Shown here: piece by piece, positions 17,387 to 30,623 of the stretch | Position numbering within the stretch: position 1 is the stretch's first letter | Layout: each line of letters begins with the position of its first letter | DNA from: Caulobacteraceae bacterium | Lineage (GTDB): Bacteria; Pseudomonadota; Alphaproteobacteria; Caulobacterales; Caulobacteraceae | NCBI GenBank assembly: GCA_035553015.1 | Contig: DATNEH010000084.1 | Location: 1-44,464 of the forward strand | DNA: 44,464 nt | Direction: 5' to 3' | Translations under genes and position numbers: made by a program | Notes under the pieces: model-generated | Seen by the model: only the letters and a program-made list of their open reading frames with translations | Told to the model about the DNA's origin: nothing | Database searches by the model: none

Positions 17387-17413
17387 TTGACCGAGCGACA
17401 CCGGTGCTAGGCG
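17387..17413 (+). promoter_or_regulatory. Probable sigma70-type promoter of the acyl-CoA dehydrogenase gene
   Basis: TTGACC ... GCTAGGC arrangement resembling Caulobacter housekeeping promoters, ~40 bp upstream of the ATG. Confidence 0.4.
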
Positions 17414-17452
17414 CCGAGCCCAATTGGTTTTTGCGAATTAGAAGAGACCCAA

Positions 17453-18673
17453 ATGGCGGATTCGACCGGCGACATCGAGCTCGACGGCTTCCGCGCCGAG
17501 GCGCGCGCGTGGCTCGAGGCCAACTTTCCGCCCTCGCTGAAGGGCAAGGCCGGCCAGGCCTACGCCGCTTCCGAGGGCGGCGCGTTCGAGGGCGACCTGC
17601 GCACCTGGCAGCAGCGCATGGGCGAGAAGGGCTGGGGCGCGCCGACCTGGCCGGCGAAATACGGCGGCGGCGGCCTCTCGACCGCCCAGGCCCGCGTGCT
17701 CGCCCAGGAGATGGCCAAGGCCGGCGCCTTCAACCCGATGGTCCAGGGCATGGGCATCACCATGATCGGCCCGACCATTCTCGACTACGGCACCGAGGAG
17801 CAGAAGCAGAAGCACATCCCGCCGATCGTGAAGGGCGAGGTGCGCTGGTGCGTCGGCTACTCCGAGCCCGGCGCCGGCTCCGACCTCGCGTCGTTGCAGA
17901 CCAAGTGCGAGGACAAGGGCGATCACTGGCTGATCAACGGCTCGAAGATCTGGACCTCGGGCGCGCAGTACTCCGACTGGTGCGGCTGCCTGGTGCGCAC
18001 CGACCCGACCGTGAAGAAGCACGACGGCATCAGCTTCATCCTGCTGGACATGCATCAGAAGGGCGTCGAGACGCGGCCGATCGCGCTGATCGCCGGCGCC
18101 TCGCCGTTCTGCGAGACCTTCTTCACCGACGCGGTCGCCCCGAAGGACGCGCTCTTGGGCAAGCTCAACGTCGGCTGGACGGTCGGCAAGCGCCTGCTGC
18201 AGCACGAGCGCGCCAGCCAGACCGGCGGCGGCAACCCGATGGCCGGCGGCCGTCAGGCGCAGATCCAGGACCTCGCCAAGAAGTACGTCGGCGAGGACGA
18301 AAAGGGCCGCATCGCCGACCTCGACCTGCGCAGCCGCGTCACCCAGCACGCGATGGACGGCAAGGCGCACGGCCTGACGCTGGCCCGCGCGGTGGCGGAA
18401 TCGCGCGGCAACAACGAGCCCTCCAACGCCAACTCGGTGCTGAAGAACTCCGCCACCCACGTGGCCCAGACCCGCGCCGAGCTGACGCTGGAGATCATGG
18501 GCTCGCAGGGCCTCGGCTGGGAAGGCGACGACTTCCGCCCCGACGAGCTGGAAGCGGTGCGCGGCTGGCTCTCCGGCAAGGCGATGTCGATCTACGGCGG
18601 CTCGCAGGAGATCCAGTACAACATCGTCTCCAAGCGCATCCTCGGCCTGCCGGACACGACCCAGTCGACCTGA
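17453..18673 (+). CDS. Acyl-CoA dehydrogenase family protein
   Basis: WPAKYGGGG, WCVGYSEPGAGSDLASL, INGSKIWTS and SIYGGSQEIQYNIVSKRILGL. Confidence 0.96.
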   Translation: MADSTGDIELDGFRAEARAWLEANFPPSLKGKAGQAYAASEGGAFEGDLRTWQQRMGEKGWGAPTWPAKYGGGGLSTAQARVLAQEMAKAGAFNPMVQGMGITMIGPTILDYGTEEQKQKHIPPIVKGEVRWCVGYSEPGAGSDLASLQTKCEDKGDHWLINGSKIWTSGAQYSDWCGCLVRTDPTVKKHDGISFILLDMHQKGVETRPIALIAGASPFCETFFTDAVAPKDALLGKLNVGWTVGKRLLQHERASQTGGGNPMAGGRQAQIQDLAKKYVGEDEKGRIADLDLRSRVTQHAMDGKAHGLTLARAVAESRGNNEPSNANSVLKNSATHVAQTRAELTLEIMGSQGLGWEGDDFRPDELEAVRGWLSGKAMSIYGGSQEIQYNIVSKRILGLPDTTQST

Positions 18674-18720
18674 GCCCCAGGCCGGAAACCCAACGAGCGA
18701 GCTGGACGACCGACTGCTCT

Positions 18721-18739
18721 CCTCCCCCTTGCGGGGAGG
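18721..18739. repeat. REP-like palindrome (single half-unit)
   Basis: CCTCCCC-CTTGC-GGGGAGG, resembling alphaproteobacterial intergenic REP-type repeats. Confidence 0.5.
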
Positions 18740-18931
18740 GGACGCCATTCGACCGTCCGGGTTGCCAGCGGTCATTACCGTCAGTACCAACGATCCCCGC
18801 CGGCGCCTGCGTGGCGCGGCAGATCTTTGACATCGTCAGATAATCGAGAGAACAGACGCCCGCGAAGCACCCGGGCGCCGTTGTTTGCGGTTGCTTTGCG
18901 GTGAGATCTACGGTTCGAGCGCCACCGCCCG

Positions 18932-23010
<4,079 letters not shown>

Positions 23011-23050
23011 GCGGTCCCAGCCAAACCGTTGATGGACAGCCGCGCGCCGA

Positions 23051-23077
23051 ACCGCCGGCGCCGTGGGCGCTGGCGGT
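23051..23077. terminator. Hairpin between convergent genes
   Basis: ACCGCCGGCGCC-GTG-GGCGCTGGCGGT, a 12-bp stem with one wobble. Confidence 0.5.
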
Positions 23078-23170
23078 CCGGGTCGTCGTGCCTGCAGACA
23101 AGCCGGCCGGCGCGTCCGGCGGCGGCCTCGCTGAGCAGCCTGCTCGCCGCCCAGCCTGGACCCGAGGGCG

Positions 23171-23458
23171 TCAGTCGGCCTGGCCCGAGCGCGAGAGGCG
23201 GCCCATCAGGGTCTGCACCTGGCTGGCCGACTGCAGCTCGCAGGCGAGCGTCTGCAGCTCGCGGCGCAGCACGGCCAGCAGCGAGACCGCGCACTGGTGC
23301 CTCGCCGCAGCGTCCGCGCCTTTCGGCAGTACAGACAGCAGCTCGCTGCGGTCGACCGCGTCGAGGATCGACACGGCCTCGGCGAGACGCCCGGCCGCGG
23401 CCTCCAGCAGATCGCTCGGCCCGGCCGGACCCGTCGGATTGTCGGCAAGGCCCCTCAT
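23171..23458 (-). CDS. Small helical hypothetical protein, last gene of the luxI operon
   Basis: ATGA overlap with the phyH stop, GGGGAG upstream, and an amphipathic Leu/Ala-rich 95-aa sequence. Confidence 0.68.
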   Translation of the reverse strand: MRGLADNPTGPAGPSDLLEAAAGRLAEAVSILDAVDRSELLSVLPKGADAAARHQCAVSLLAVLRRELQTLACELQSASQVQTLMGRLSRSGQAD

Positions 23459-24369
23459 GCCGCTGCTCCCCCTGAAAACCCACTCTCATTCAACGCCGCG
23501 CCAGCCCGCGCCCGCAACGCGGCCGCCTGACGCGGCAGCAGCTCGTCGATCGCCCCCAGGTAGTCGTCCGGCTCTCCGGCCAGCAGCACCGACGGGCACT
23601 GGCCTTCGTAGTTGCCCAGGTTCGGCCGGTGCTGCTGATAGCCCGCCAGTCGCGCCAGCTCCGTCGAGAAGCCGCGCGCCACCTGGGGCGGATAGACCAG
23701 CCACTGGTTCTCGTAGGGCTTCAGCCAGCCCAGACAGTAGCTGACCACCATACCAGTGCGCGGCGCGTCGGTGCGGTTGGCGCCGCCGCCGTGCAGCGTC
23801 GAGCCGAGGAAGATCAGCGCATCGCCGGGGTCCATCTCGGCACAGATCGGCCCCGCATCGCCGGCGCCGCCGTGGTGGCTGCCCGGGTGGAGCACGGTCG
23901 CCCCGTTCTCCGACCGGTACGCGCCGAAGGGCCACATCACGTTCACCAGGTACTCCATATTGCCCTTGGGACCGCCCCACATGTTCTCGTCGCGGTGCGG
24001 CGGCTGCTCGCCCTGGCCGGGATGGATCTGCAACGCCTGCGTGAGGTTGAGCTGCAATCGGTCGCACCAGGGCGCGAGCACAGCCCCAGCGATCCCCAGC
24101 ACGAGCGGATGGCGCACGAACGCCTCGGCGGCCGCAGAGCGCTTGAGCAAGGCCCCGAACCGCTTGGTCCGCTCGCCGTAGAAGTCGCCCTGGCAGAACG
24201 GGGTGCGCTCGAACCGCTCGGCGAGGTCGCCGGCGATGGCCCGGACGGCGTCCGCCTGGATCGCCCCGCGGATAATGCAGTAGCCATCGCGGCGCAGACG
24301 CGAGACCCACCAGTTGGCGCTGGCCGCGCGGCGGCTGGGCGCGGCGCCGGCCGAAGCCTCAGGCTGCAT
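23455..24369 (-). CDS. PhyH-family Fe(II)/2OG dioxygenase coupled to luxI
   Basis: LRRDGYCII, QPPHRDE (HxD), ENGATVLHPGSH, GSTLHGGGAN, R....SYCLGWL and ENQ; overlaps the luxI stop. Confidence 0.9.
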   Translation of the reverse strand: MQPEASAGAAPSRRAASANWWVSRLRRDGYCIIRGAIQADAVRAIAGDLAERFERTPFCQGDFYGERTKRFGALLKRSAAAEAFVRHPLVLGIAGAVLAPWCDRLQLNLTQALQIHPGQGEQPPHRDENMWGGPKGNMEYLVNVMWPFGAYRSENGATVLHPGSHHGGAGDAGPICAEMDPGDALIFLGSTLHGGGANRTDAPRTGMVVSYCLGWLKPYENQWLVYPPQVARGFSTELARLAGYQQHRPNLGNYEGQCPSVLLAGEPDDYLGAIDELLPRQAAALRARAGAALNESGFSGGAAA

Positions 24370-24970
24370 CGCGCGTCACCATGTCGAGCACCGTGCCGCT
24401 CACGCCGCGGCGCTGGCGCAGCATCGCCAGGGTCTCGCCGTTGATGTCGATCGCCACGGCGCCCAGCATCACCCCGCCGTGCGGCTGCGGCAGGCCCAGC
24501 GGCTCGCAATCCCAGCCCACCGCCAGCACGCTGGACAGGTACGGCACGTGCGTCACGCAGGTGTAGCGGCGGATGCCGTTCATCACGGCGAACTCCACCA
24601 TCCCCAGCGAAAGCTCGCGCCGCACGCGCTTCGGATCGGCCTGGCCGGGCGCGGTGAAGAGGCGCGTGATCTCCCAGATGTCGGGTCCGCGCGGCACGGC
24701 CCGCTCGCAGAGTTGCGGGAAGACGTCGGCCAGCAGGTGCGGTCCCGCAGTCGGCAACAGCCGCAGCGAGCCGGCATGGCGGCCGGCCTCGTCGACGGCG
24801 ATCAGATAGACCGCGTCCTCGCCGTCGAACTGGTCGATCTCGAGGTCGCCGTCGACAACCGGCACCTGCCATCCGAGCCGGTCGACGAACACCGTCTTGC
24901 GGTCGCGATGCATCTCCTCCAGCAAGGTTGCGCGCGCCGCGCGCGCGGTTCCATAGACAACCTGGAGCAT
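24359..24970 (-). CDS. luxI: Acyl-homoserine-lactone synthase (LuxI family)
   Basis: HRDRKTVFVDRLGW, LEIDQFD, GSLRLLPT and IWEITR invariant residues. Confidence 0.95.
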   Translation of the reverse strand: MLQVVYGTARAARATLLEEMHRDRKTVFVDRLGWQVPVVDGDLEIDQFDGEDAVYLIAVDEAGRHAGSLRLLPTAGPHLLADVFPQLCERAVPRGPDIWEITRLFTAPGQADPKRVRRELSLGMVEFAVMNGIRRYTCVTHVPYLSSVLAVGWDCEPLGLPQPHGGVMLGAVAIDINGETLAMLRQRRGVSGTVLDMVTRDAA

Positions 24971-25026
24971 GGCTTTCCCACCGTGTTGCCCGCCGAGGGT
25001 GGACGTGCGGACGGCGGGTCGGCCAC

Positions 25027-25042
25027 TCCCCTAGTCAGGGGA
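25027..25042. promoter_or_regulatory. Candidate lux-box upstream of luxI
   Basis: Dyad TCCCCT-AGTC-AGGGGA ~57 bp upstream of the luxI ATG in the luxR-luxI spacer. Confidence 0.5.
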
Positions 25043-25071
25043 TGGGCGCCGTCCCAACTCTGGTGACAAGC

Positions 25072-25827
25072 TCAGCGGATGATGTCGGCGAAGGTGATCT
25101 GGCTGTCGAACAGCGCGCGCACCACCAACTGGGTGCGCGAGGCGACGCCATAGCGGCGCTTGGCCGTCTCGATATGCTGGTGCACGGTGTTGCTGGCGAT
25201 GCCGAGCAGTTGGGCGATGTCCCAGTCGCTCTTGCCCTGCGCCACCAGCACCACGCAGTCGTACTGGCGCTTGCTGAGCGGGCGCGCCGCCTGGTGCTGC
25301 AGCTCGCAGACCTGCTCGGCCGCCTGCAGGCGCCGCGCCGCCTCGAAGGCGAAGCAGCCGACGTATTGCGCCGCGGGCAGCGCGTCCCGAGCCGGCTCAT
25401 GGCCGGTCTTGAGGCCGAACGAGCACGATCCCAGGAACTCGCCCGGCACGTTGACCGGCACCGTGAACCCCTCGCCCAGGCCGCAGGCGAAGGCATGGTC
25501 GAGGATCTCCTTCTGGCGCGGGCTCAGGGAGAACAGGCCCGGCAGCTCCGACCACAGGAACGCGGCAGCCGACCGCTGGCAGGCGGTCAGCACCGGGTCC
25601 TCGGCTAGGTAGCGTTGCGTGCGGATCTGCATCCGCCATTCGTCCGGATAGTCGACCACGTGCACGGCCCAGCGCGACCGCTCGGGCGCCGCGACGTGGT
25701 GCATCAGCGCGACGTAGTCGAAGCCCAGCGCCGCGACCACGTCGGTCAGCAGCGAGGCCAAATCTCCGATTTGGGTGACGCGGTTCGCCGATTTGACGAA
25801 TTGATCGACGTCGGCAAACGCGGACAT
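25072..25827 (-). CDS. luxR: LuxR family AHL-binding transcriptional regulator
   Basis: Autoinducer domain DYPDEW..EDPV..FLWSEL..GLGEG; HTH LSKRQ..VAQGKSDWDIAQLLGIASNTVHQH. Confidence 0.94.
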   Translation of the reverse strand: MSAFADVDQFVKSANRVTQIGDLASLLTDVVAALGFDYVALMHHVAAPERSRWAVHVVDYPDEWRMQIRTQRYLAEDPVLTACQRSAAAFLWSELPGLFSLSPRQKEILDHAFACGLGEGFTVPVNVPGEFLGSCSFGLKTGHEPARDALPAAQYVGCFAFEAARRLQAAEQVCELQHQAARPLSKRQYDCVVLVAQGKSDWDIAQLLGIASNTVHQHIETAKRRYGVASRTQLVVRALFDSQITFADIIR

Positions 25828-25840
25828 TACCCCCCGGCCG

Positions 25841-26236
25841 TCAGGTCTCCGCCCCTGCGGTGACGCCCGCAAGCGCGCGGGCATGCTCCAGCAGAGCGCG
25901 GCGCAGGGGCTTGTTGGAGAGCGCTGCGTAAGCTTCCAGCAGCTCGGGCGCGCCCTCTTCGGCCGCCCAGCGTCTCAGATGCTCTGGCGAATGCGTCGGC
26001 ACGGTCGGATCCAGCCCCTCAGTCAGGTCCGTCAGATGGCAGCGTAGCGCGACTACGATGTCCATGAGGCGCGAAAAACTGACGCGGTTGGCGCCTCGCT
26101 CGTACTTCTGAACCTGCTGGAATGTTACGCCGACAGCGCGCGCCAGCTGGACCTGGGACATGCCGATCGCCCGGCGCCTTTCCCGTATGCGTCGCCCGAT
26201 CTCGACGTCGAGATGCCGCGGACCTTCGATTGACAT
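25841..26236 (-). CDS. XRE-family HTH regulator (PraR/PhrR-like)
   Basis: DVEIGRRIRERR..GMSQ..LA..VGVTFQQVQKYERGANRVSFSRL; GAGGAG RBS before the ATG at 26236; stop lies 13 bp before the luxR start. Confidence 0.9.
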   Translation of the reverse strand: MSIEGPRHLDVEIGRRIRERRRAIGMSQVQLARAVGVTFQQVQKYERGANRVSFSRLMDIVVALRCHLTDLTEGLDPTVPTHSPEHLRRWAAEEGAPELLEAYAALSNKPLRRALLEHARALAGVTAGAET

Positions 26237-26437
26237 GCTACCAACTCCTCGCCCCCACCCACAGATTGGCAAGACGCGGACGAAAAGTCATCACCGGTTG
26301 ACCCCGATGCGGTGCTTTGGACCCAAACTAGGGTGTATAAAAGCCGCATCTCAGGGTTGTTAGTTGCGCGCGATGGCGCACGCGCCTCTGAAACCGGCGG
26401 CGCATCGGGACATTGCGACCCTCGCGGCCGTCGCGCC

Positions 26438-27562
26438 TCAAGCTTCGTTGCGCTTTACCCTCGCCCGCACCGGCGCAGGTTCGGTCAGGGGGCGTGGCGC
26501 CTCCGAACGGGCGGCCGAACGCATCGCCTGGCGGGTGATGAAGAAGTAGGCGCAGGTGGCGCTCAAATAGACGACCGGAAACACCGGTTCGGGCACGTGC
26601 GCCAGGCGGCCCAGGGCGGCGGTGAAGCCCACCGCCAAGGTGATCGTGACGAGCAGCGCGACGATCGCGGTGGAGCTCATCCCCAGGTCGATCAGCCGGT
26701 GATGCATGTGGTCGCGATCGGCCGAGAACGGCGAGCGGCGCGCGCGCAGGCGGCGCACGATCAGCACCAGGCAGTCGATCACCGGCGGGGCGATGAGGAA
26801 CGGCGCCAGCACCGGCGTCACCGGGTGGCCAGGCGTCTGCGTCAGTCGGAACGACGCCCATGCGATCCACAGGCCGAGGATCTCGGCCCCGCAGCCCAGG
26901 AAGACGGTCGCCTTGGGCCGCCAGGGCGTGCGCAGGTTGAATGCGAGGAAGCCCATCACGCACCCGGCCATCAGGATGAGGGCGGTCGCGAGCTGCGCGT
27001 TGCCGGCGTAGACGGCGGCCGCCACCAGCATGCAGAGCGCCGCCAGGCTCAGCGAGCCGGCGAGGCCATCGACCCCGTCCGCCCAGTTGATCGCATTGGT
27101 GATCCCGACGGTGGCGAGCACGGTGAACGGCAGCGAGAGCACGCCGAGCGTGTGGCCGGCGAAGCCGAGCGCGTTGCCGATCCACTCGACCCGTACCCCG
27201 CCGACGTAGAGCACGAGGCCAGCGGCCGCCTGCGCGATGATCCGGATGCGCCAGTTGATGTCATAGCGGTCGTCGAGCTCCCCGACCACCAGCAGCAGCA
27301 AGCTGGCCGCGGCCAGCGCCGTCAGGTCCGGCGTTATCCGCAACAGCACGGCGCCGGCGAGCAGGCCGGCCAAGGTGATCGCCGCGCCGCCGACCAGCGG
27401 GGTTGGATCAGCGTGGGTCTTCCGGGCGCTGATGGGGTGGTCGACAAGGCCGAGCCGCACGGCAACTGGCTTCAGTACAAATATAAGCGCGGCTGTGGCT
27501 AGAAACGGCGCGCCGGCCAGCAGCAGGCCTTCGCGCAATATTGTACGCCACGTTTCGTGCAT
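26438..27562 (-). CDS. WecA/MraY-family undecaprenyl-phosphate HexNAc-1-phosphate transferase
   Basis: LVDHP..RKTH..PTPLVGG, GELDDR, NAINWADGVDGL, GFLAFN and SPFSADRDHMHHRL; many TMs. Confidence 0.9.
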   Translation of the reverse strand: MHETWRTILREGLLLAGAPFLATAALIFVLKPVAVRLGLVDHPISARKTHADPTPLVGGAAITLAGLLAGAVLLRITPDLTALAAASLLLLVVGELDDRYDINWRIRIIAQAAAGLVLYVGGVRVEWIGNALGFAGHTLGVLSLPFTVLATVGITNAINWADGVDGLAGSLSLAALCMLVAAAVYAGNAQLATALILMAGCVMGFLAFNLRTPWRPKATVFLGCGAEILGLWIAWASFRLTQTPGHPVTPVLAPFLIAPPVIDCLVLIVRRLRARRSPFSADRDHMHHRLIDLGMSSTAIVALLVTITLAVGFTAALGRLAHVPEPVFPVVYLSATCAYFFITRQAMRSAARSEAPRPLTEPAPVRARVKRNEA

Positions 27563-27774
27563 CGGTCCCAGCCAGCAACAAAATGCGACAGATCACGGGT
27601 GGCCGCGAAAGCCTGTTCTCAGCAGCCGGTTTGCTCATGAGCCCGTTTCGATCTGTGGGCAAGGCCCCTCATCACCTTGAAGCACAAACTATTAGTGACA
27701 GTGCAGGGGGCGAGCGCACCAACCCTCAGATGAACCTCCGAGTGCGCCAGGAATGGGCGCCTTAGGCTGCGAGC

Positions 27775-27788
27775 CCCCTGCGCAGGGG
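27775..27788. promoter_or_regulatory. Palindrome in the divergent wecA/fcl promoter region, same arms as the luxI box
   Basis: CCCCT-GCGC-AGGGG, a perfect 14-bp dyad. Confidence 0.4.
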
Positions 27789-27969
27789 TCGCACGCCACG
27801 CCGCGTTGCGACGCTCTTTTTAATCAAGACGCTTTCGCGGAAGCCCGGGCTGTGCGAGGTGTCGGCAGGCCGCCGAACCGTGATCCGCCGGATTGCGCGA
27901 GCGCGGAAAGTCGCGTGTGATCCGGGACGGGCGCGCCCAACGTCCGGGGAACTGAGGAGCGCCAGCTCA

Positions 27970-28926
27970 ATGCCGGTGGAGACGGTTTTTCCGTTGAAAG
28001 GCAAGCGGGTTTGGGTGGCGGGCCATCGCGGGATGGTCGGCTCCGCCATCGTCCGCAGATTGGCCCAGGAAGATTGCAGCGTGCTGACGGCCGACCGCAG
28101 CGAGGTCGACCTGATGCGGCAGGACCAGGTCAATCGGTGGCTGAACGAGGCGCGGCCGGACGCCATCTTCCTGGCCGCCGCGCGCGTCGGCGGCATCCGC
28201 GCCAACGACAGCCGCCCGGCCGACTTCCTCTACGAGAACCTGATGATCGCCGGCAACGTCGTGGAAGCGGCGCACCGGGACAACGTCGCCAAGCTGATGG
28301 TGCTGGGCTCGAGCTGCATCTACCCGCGCCTCGCGCCCCAGCCGATCCCGGAGGAAGCCCTGCTGACGGGGCCGTTGGAGCCCACCAACGAGGCCTACGC
28401 GGTGGCCAAGATCGCGACGCTGAAGCTCGCCCAGGCCTACCGGCGGCAGCACGGCGACGACTTCATCGCGGCGATGCCGACCAATCTCTACGGGCCGGGC
28501 GACAACTTCGACCTGTTCGAGGCGCACGCGCTGCCCAGCCTGCTGCGCAAGGCGCACGAGGCGAAGGCGCGCGGCGACAAGCGGCTGGTCATGGGCGGCA
28601 CCGGCACGCCGAAACGCGAATTCCTGCACGTCGACGACTGCGCCGACGCGCTGGTCTTCCTGATGAAGACCTATTCGGGCGACAGCCAGATCAACGTCGG
28701 CTCCGGCGAGGATCTCAGCATCCGCCAGCTGACCGAGTTGGTCTGCGAGGTGGTCGGCTTCAAGGGCGAGATCGTCAACGATCTCTCCATCCCGGACGGC
28801 ATGCCGCGCAAGCTGATGAGCGCCAAGCGGCTCAGAGGCATGGGCTGGACGCCGACGATCGACCTGAGGACTGGGATCCAGGAGACCTACCGCTGGTTCC
28901 AGGCCAACGCGGTGGAACCGGCCTGA
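27970..28926 (+). CDS. fcl: GDP-L-fucose synthase family epimerase/reductase
   Basis: VAGHRGMVGSA, AAARVGGI.AN, GSSCIYP, LEPTNEAYAVAK, MPTNLYGPGDNF and REFLHVDD; GAGGAG RBS before the ATG at 27970. Confidence 0.93.
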   Translation: MPVETVFPLKGKRVWVAGHRGMVGSAIVRRLAQEDCSVLTADRSEVDLMRQDQVNRWLNEARPDAIFLAAARVGGIRANDSRPADFLYENLMIAGNVVEAAHRDNVAKLMVLGSSCIYPRLAPQPIPEEALLTGPLEPTNEAYAVAKIATLKLAQAYRRQHGDDFIAAMPTNLYGPGDNFDLFEAHALPSLLRKAHEAKARGDKRLVMGGTGTPKREFLHVDDCADALVFLMKTYSGDSQINVGSGEDLSIRQLTELVCEVVGFKGEIVNDLSIPDGMPRKLMSAKRLRGMGWTPTIDLRTGIQETYRWFQANAVEPA

Positions 28927-28978
28927 CCACGGACGCCGTCGGGACTTCTAGCGACAACCATCGGATCGGAATCTGAGC

Positions 28979-29941
28979 GTGGCGCGCATCTACGACAGCC
29001 AGCGGCGTGTATTGGTCACCGGCGGCGCGGGTTTCCTCGGCTCCCACCTGGTCGACCGGCTGCTGGCGCAAGGCAACGAGGTGGTCTGCGTCGACAACCT
29101 GTTCACCGGCTCGAAGCGCAACCTCTACCACCTGGTCAGCCATCCCAGGTTCGAGTTCATCCGGCACGACGTGACCTTCCCGCTCTACGTGGAGGTCGAC
29201 GAGATCTACAACCTCGCCTGCCCGGCCTCGCCGATCCATTACCAGCACGACCCCGTGGCGACGACGAAGACGTCCGTCCACGGAGCGATCAACATGCTGG
29301 GGCTGGCCAAGCGCCTCAAGTGCAAGATCCTGCAGGCCTCCACCAGCGAGGTTTACGGCGACCCTGACGTCCACCCTCAGACCGAGGACTACTGGGGCAA
29401 CGTCAACCCGATCGGGACGCGTTCGTGCTACGATGAGGGTAAGCGCTGCGCCGAGACGCTGTTCTTCGACTACCACCGGCAGCACGGCCTGGAGATCAAG
29501 GTGGCGCGCATCTTCAATACCTATGGTCCGCGCATGCATCCGGCAGACGGTCGCGTGGTGTCGAACTTCATCATGCAGGCGCTGCGGGGCGAGCCGATCA
29601 CCATCTACGGCGAGGGCCAGCAGACGCGTTCGTTCTGCTACGTGGACGACCTGATCGACGGCCTGATGCGGCTGATGGCAAGCCCGGCGGAATTCACCGG
29701 CCCCGTGAACCTTGGCAATCCAGCTGAGTTCACGATGCGCCAGCTGGCCGAGAAGGTGCTCGAGATGACCGGGTCGAAGTCGGAGATCGCCTTCCGGCCG
29801 CTGCCGCCGGACGATCCGAAGCAGCGCCGCCCCGACATCAAGCTGGCCGCCTCGGCGCTCGGCTGGGCGCCGAACGTGCCGCTCGCCGAAGGGCTGCGCC
29901 CGACGATCGATTACTTCGCGAGCGTCCATGCCGCCGCCTGA
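28979..29941 (+). CDS. uxs: UDP-glucuronate decarboxylase (UDP-xylose synthase)
   Basis: [44 protein letters not shown] and [10 protein letters not shown]. Confidence 0.94.
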   Translation: MARIYDSQRRVLVTGGAGFLGSHLVDRLLAQGNEVVCVDNLFTGSKRNLYHLVSHPRFEFIRHDVTFPLYVEVDEIYNLACPASPIHYQHDPVATTKTSVHGAINMLGLAKRLKCKILQASTSEVYGDPDVHPQTEDYWGNVNPIGTRSCYDEGKRCAETLFFDYHRQHGLEIKVARIFNTYGPRMHPADGRVVSNFIMQALRGEPITIYGEGQQTRSFCYVDDLIDGLMRLMASPAEFTGPVNLGNPAEFTMRQLAEKVLEMTGSKSEIAFRPLPPDDPKQRRPDIKLAASALGWAPNVPLAEGLRPTIDYFASVHAAA

Positions 29942-30470
29942 GGCCGCCGTCCCCCACCCCGAACCGGCGGACACCGGCGTGCGCTGGTATCTGGTGCGCG
30001 CGCTGACCGGCCGCGAGGCCTTCGCGGTCGAGCAGCTCGAGCGGCAGGGCTTCGCCACCTTTCTGCCCAAGCAGCCGAAGACGATCCGCCACGCCCGACG
30101 GCTCACCGTCCGGCTGACCGCCTACTTCCCGGGCTATCTGTTCGTGCAGCTCGACCTCGCCCGCCAGCGCTGGCGCAGCATCAACGGCACGCTGGGCGTC
30201 TCCCATCTGGTCGGCGCGGGCGAACGTCCAGCGCCGGTCCCCAGGGGTGTCGTCGAGGCGCTGGCCGCGGCGGCCGACGCGCGCGGTGTGCTGGAAGGTC
30301 CGCCGCTGCAGGCCGGCCAGCAGGTGCGCATCATCGCCGGCGCCTTCGCTGACAAACTTGCGGTCATCGAACGGCTCGACGAGGCCGGCCGCGTGCGCGT
30401 GCTGCTCGACATCGTCAGCGGCCGCGTGCCGGTCACCATCGGCCGCGAAATGCTCGGCGAGGCATCGTGA
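29928..30470 (+). CDS. RfaH/NusG-family transcription antitermination factor
   Basis: NGN domain [39 protein letters not shown]; KOW domain [11 protein letters not shown]; located inside the polysaccharide operon. Confidence 0.9.
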   Translation: MPPPEAAVPHPEPADTGVRWYLVRALTGREAFAVEQLERQGFATFLPKQPKTIRHARRLTVRLTAYFPGYLFVQLDLARQRWRSINGTLGVSHLVGAGERPAPVPRGVVEALAAAADARGVLEGPPLQAGQQVRIIAGAFADKLAVIERLDEAGRVRVLLDIVSGRVPVTIGREMLGEAS

Positions 30471-30623
30471 CGAGGCGATCCGCTGGGGCGGCTATCGGGG
30501 ATACTTTGCGATAGCAAGTAATCCTGGTAACAAGGGCGAGGTAATTGAAATCCATCGTGATTTTTCTGTCACGATGGAACTCGTAACGCGGGGGTGAGCC
30601 TCGCGCAGCTTGAGAGTTTCCCC

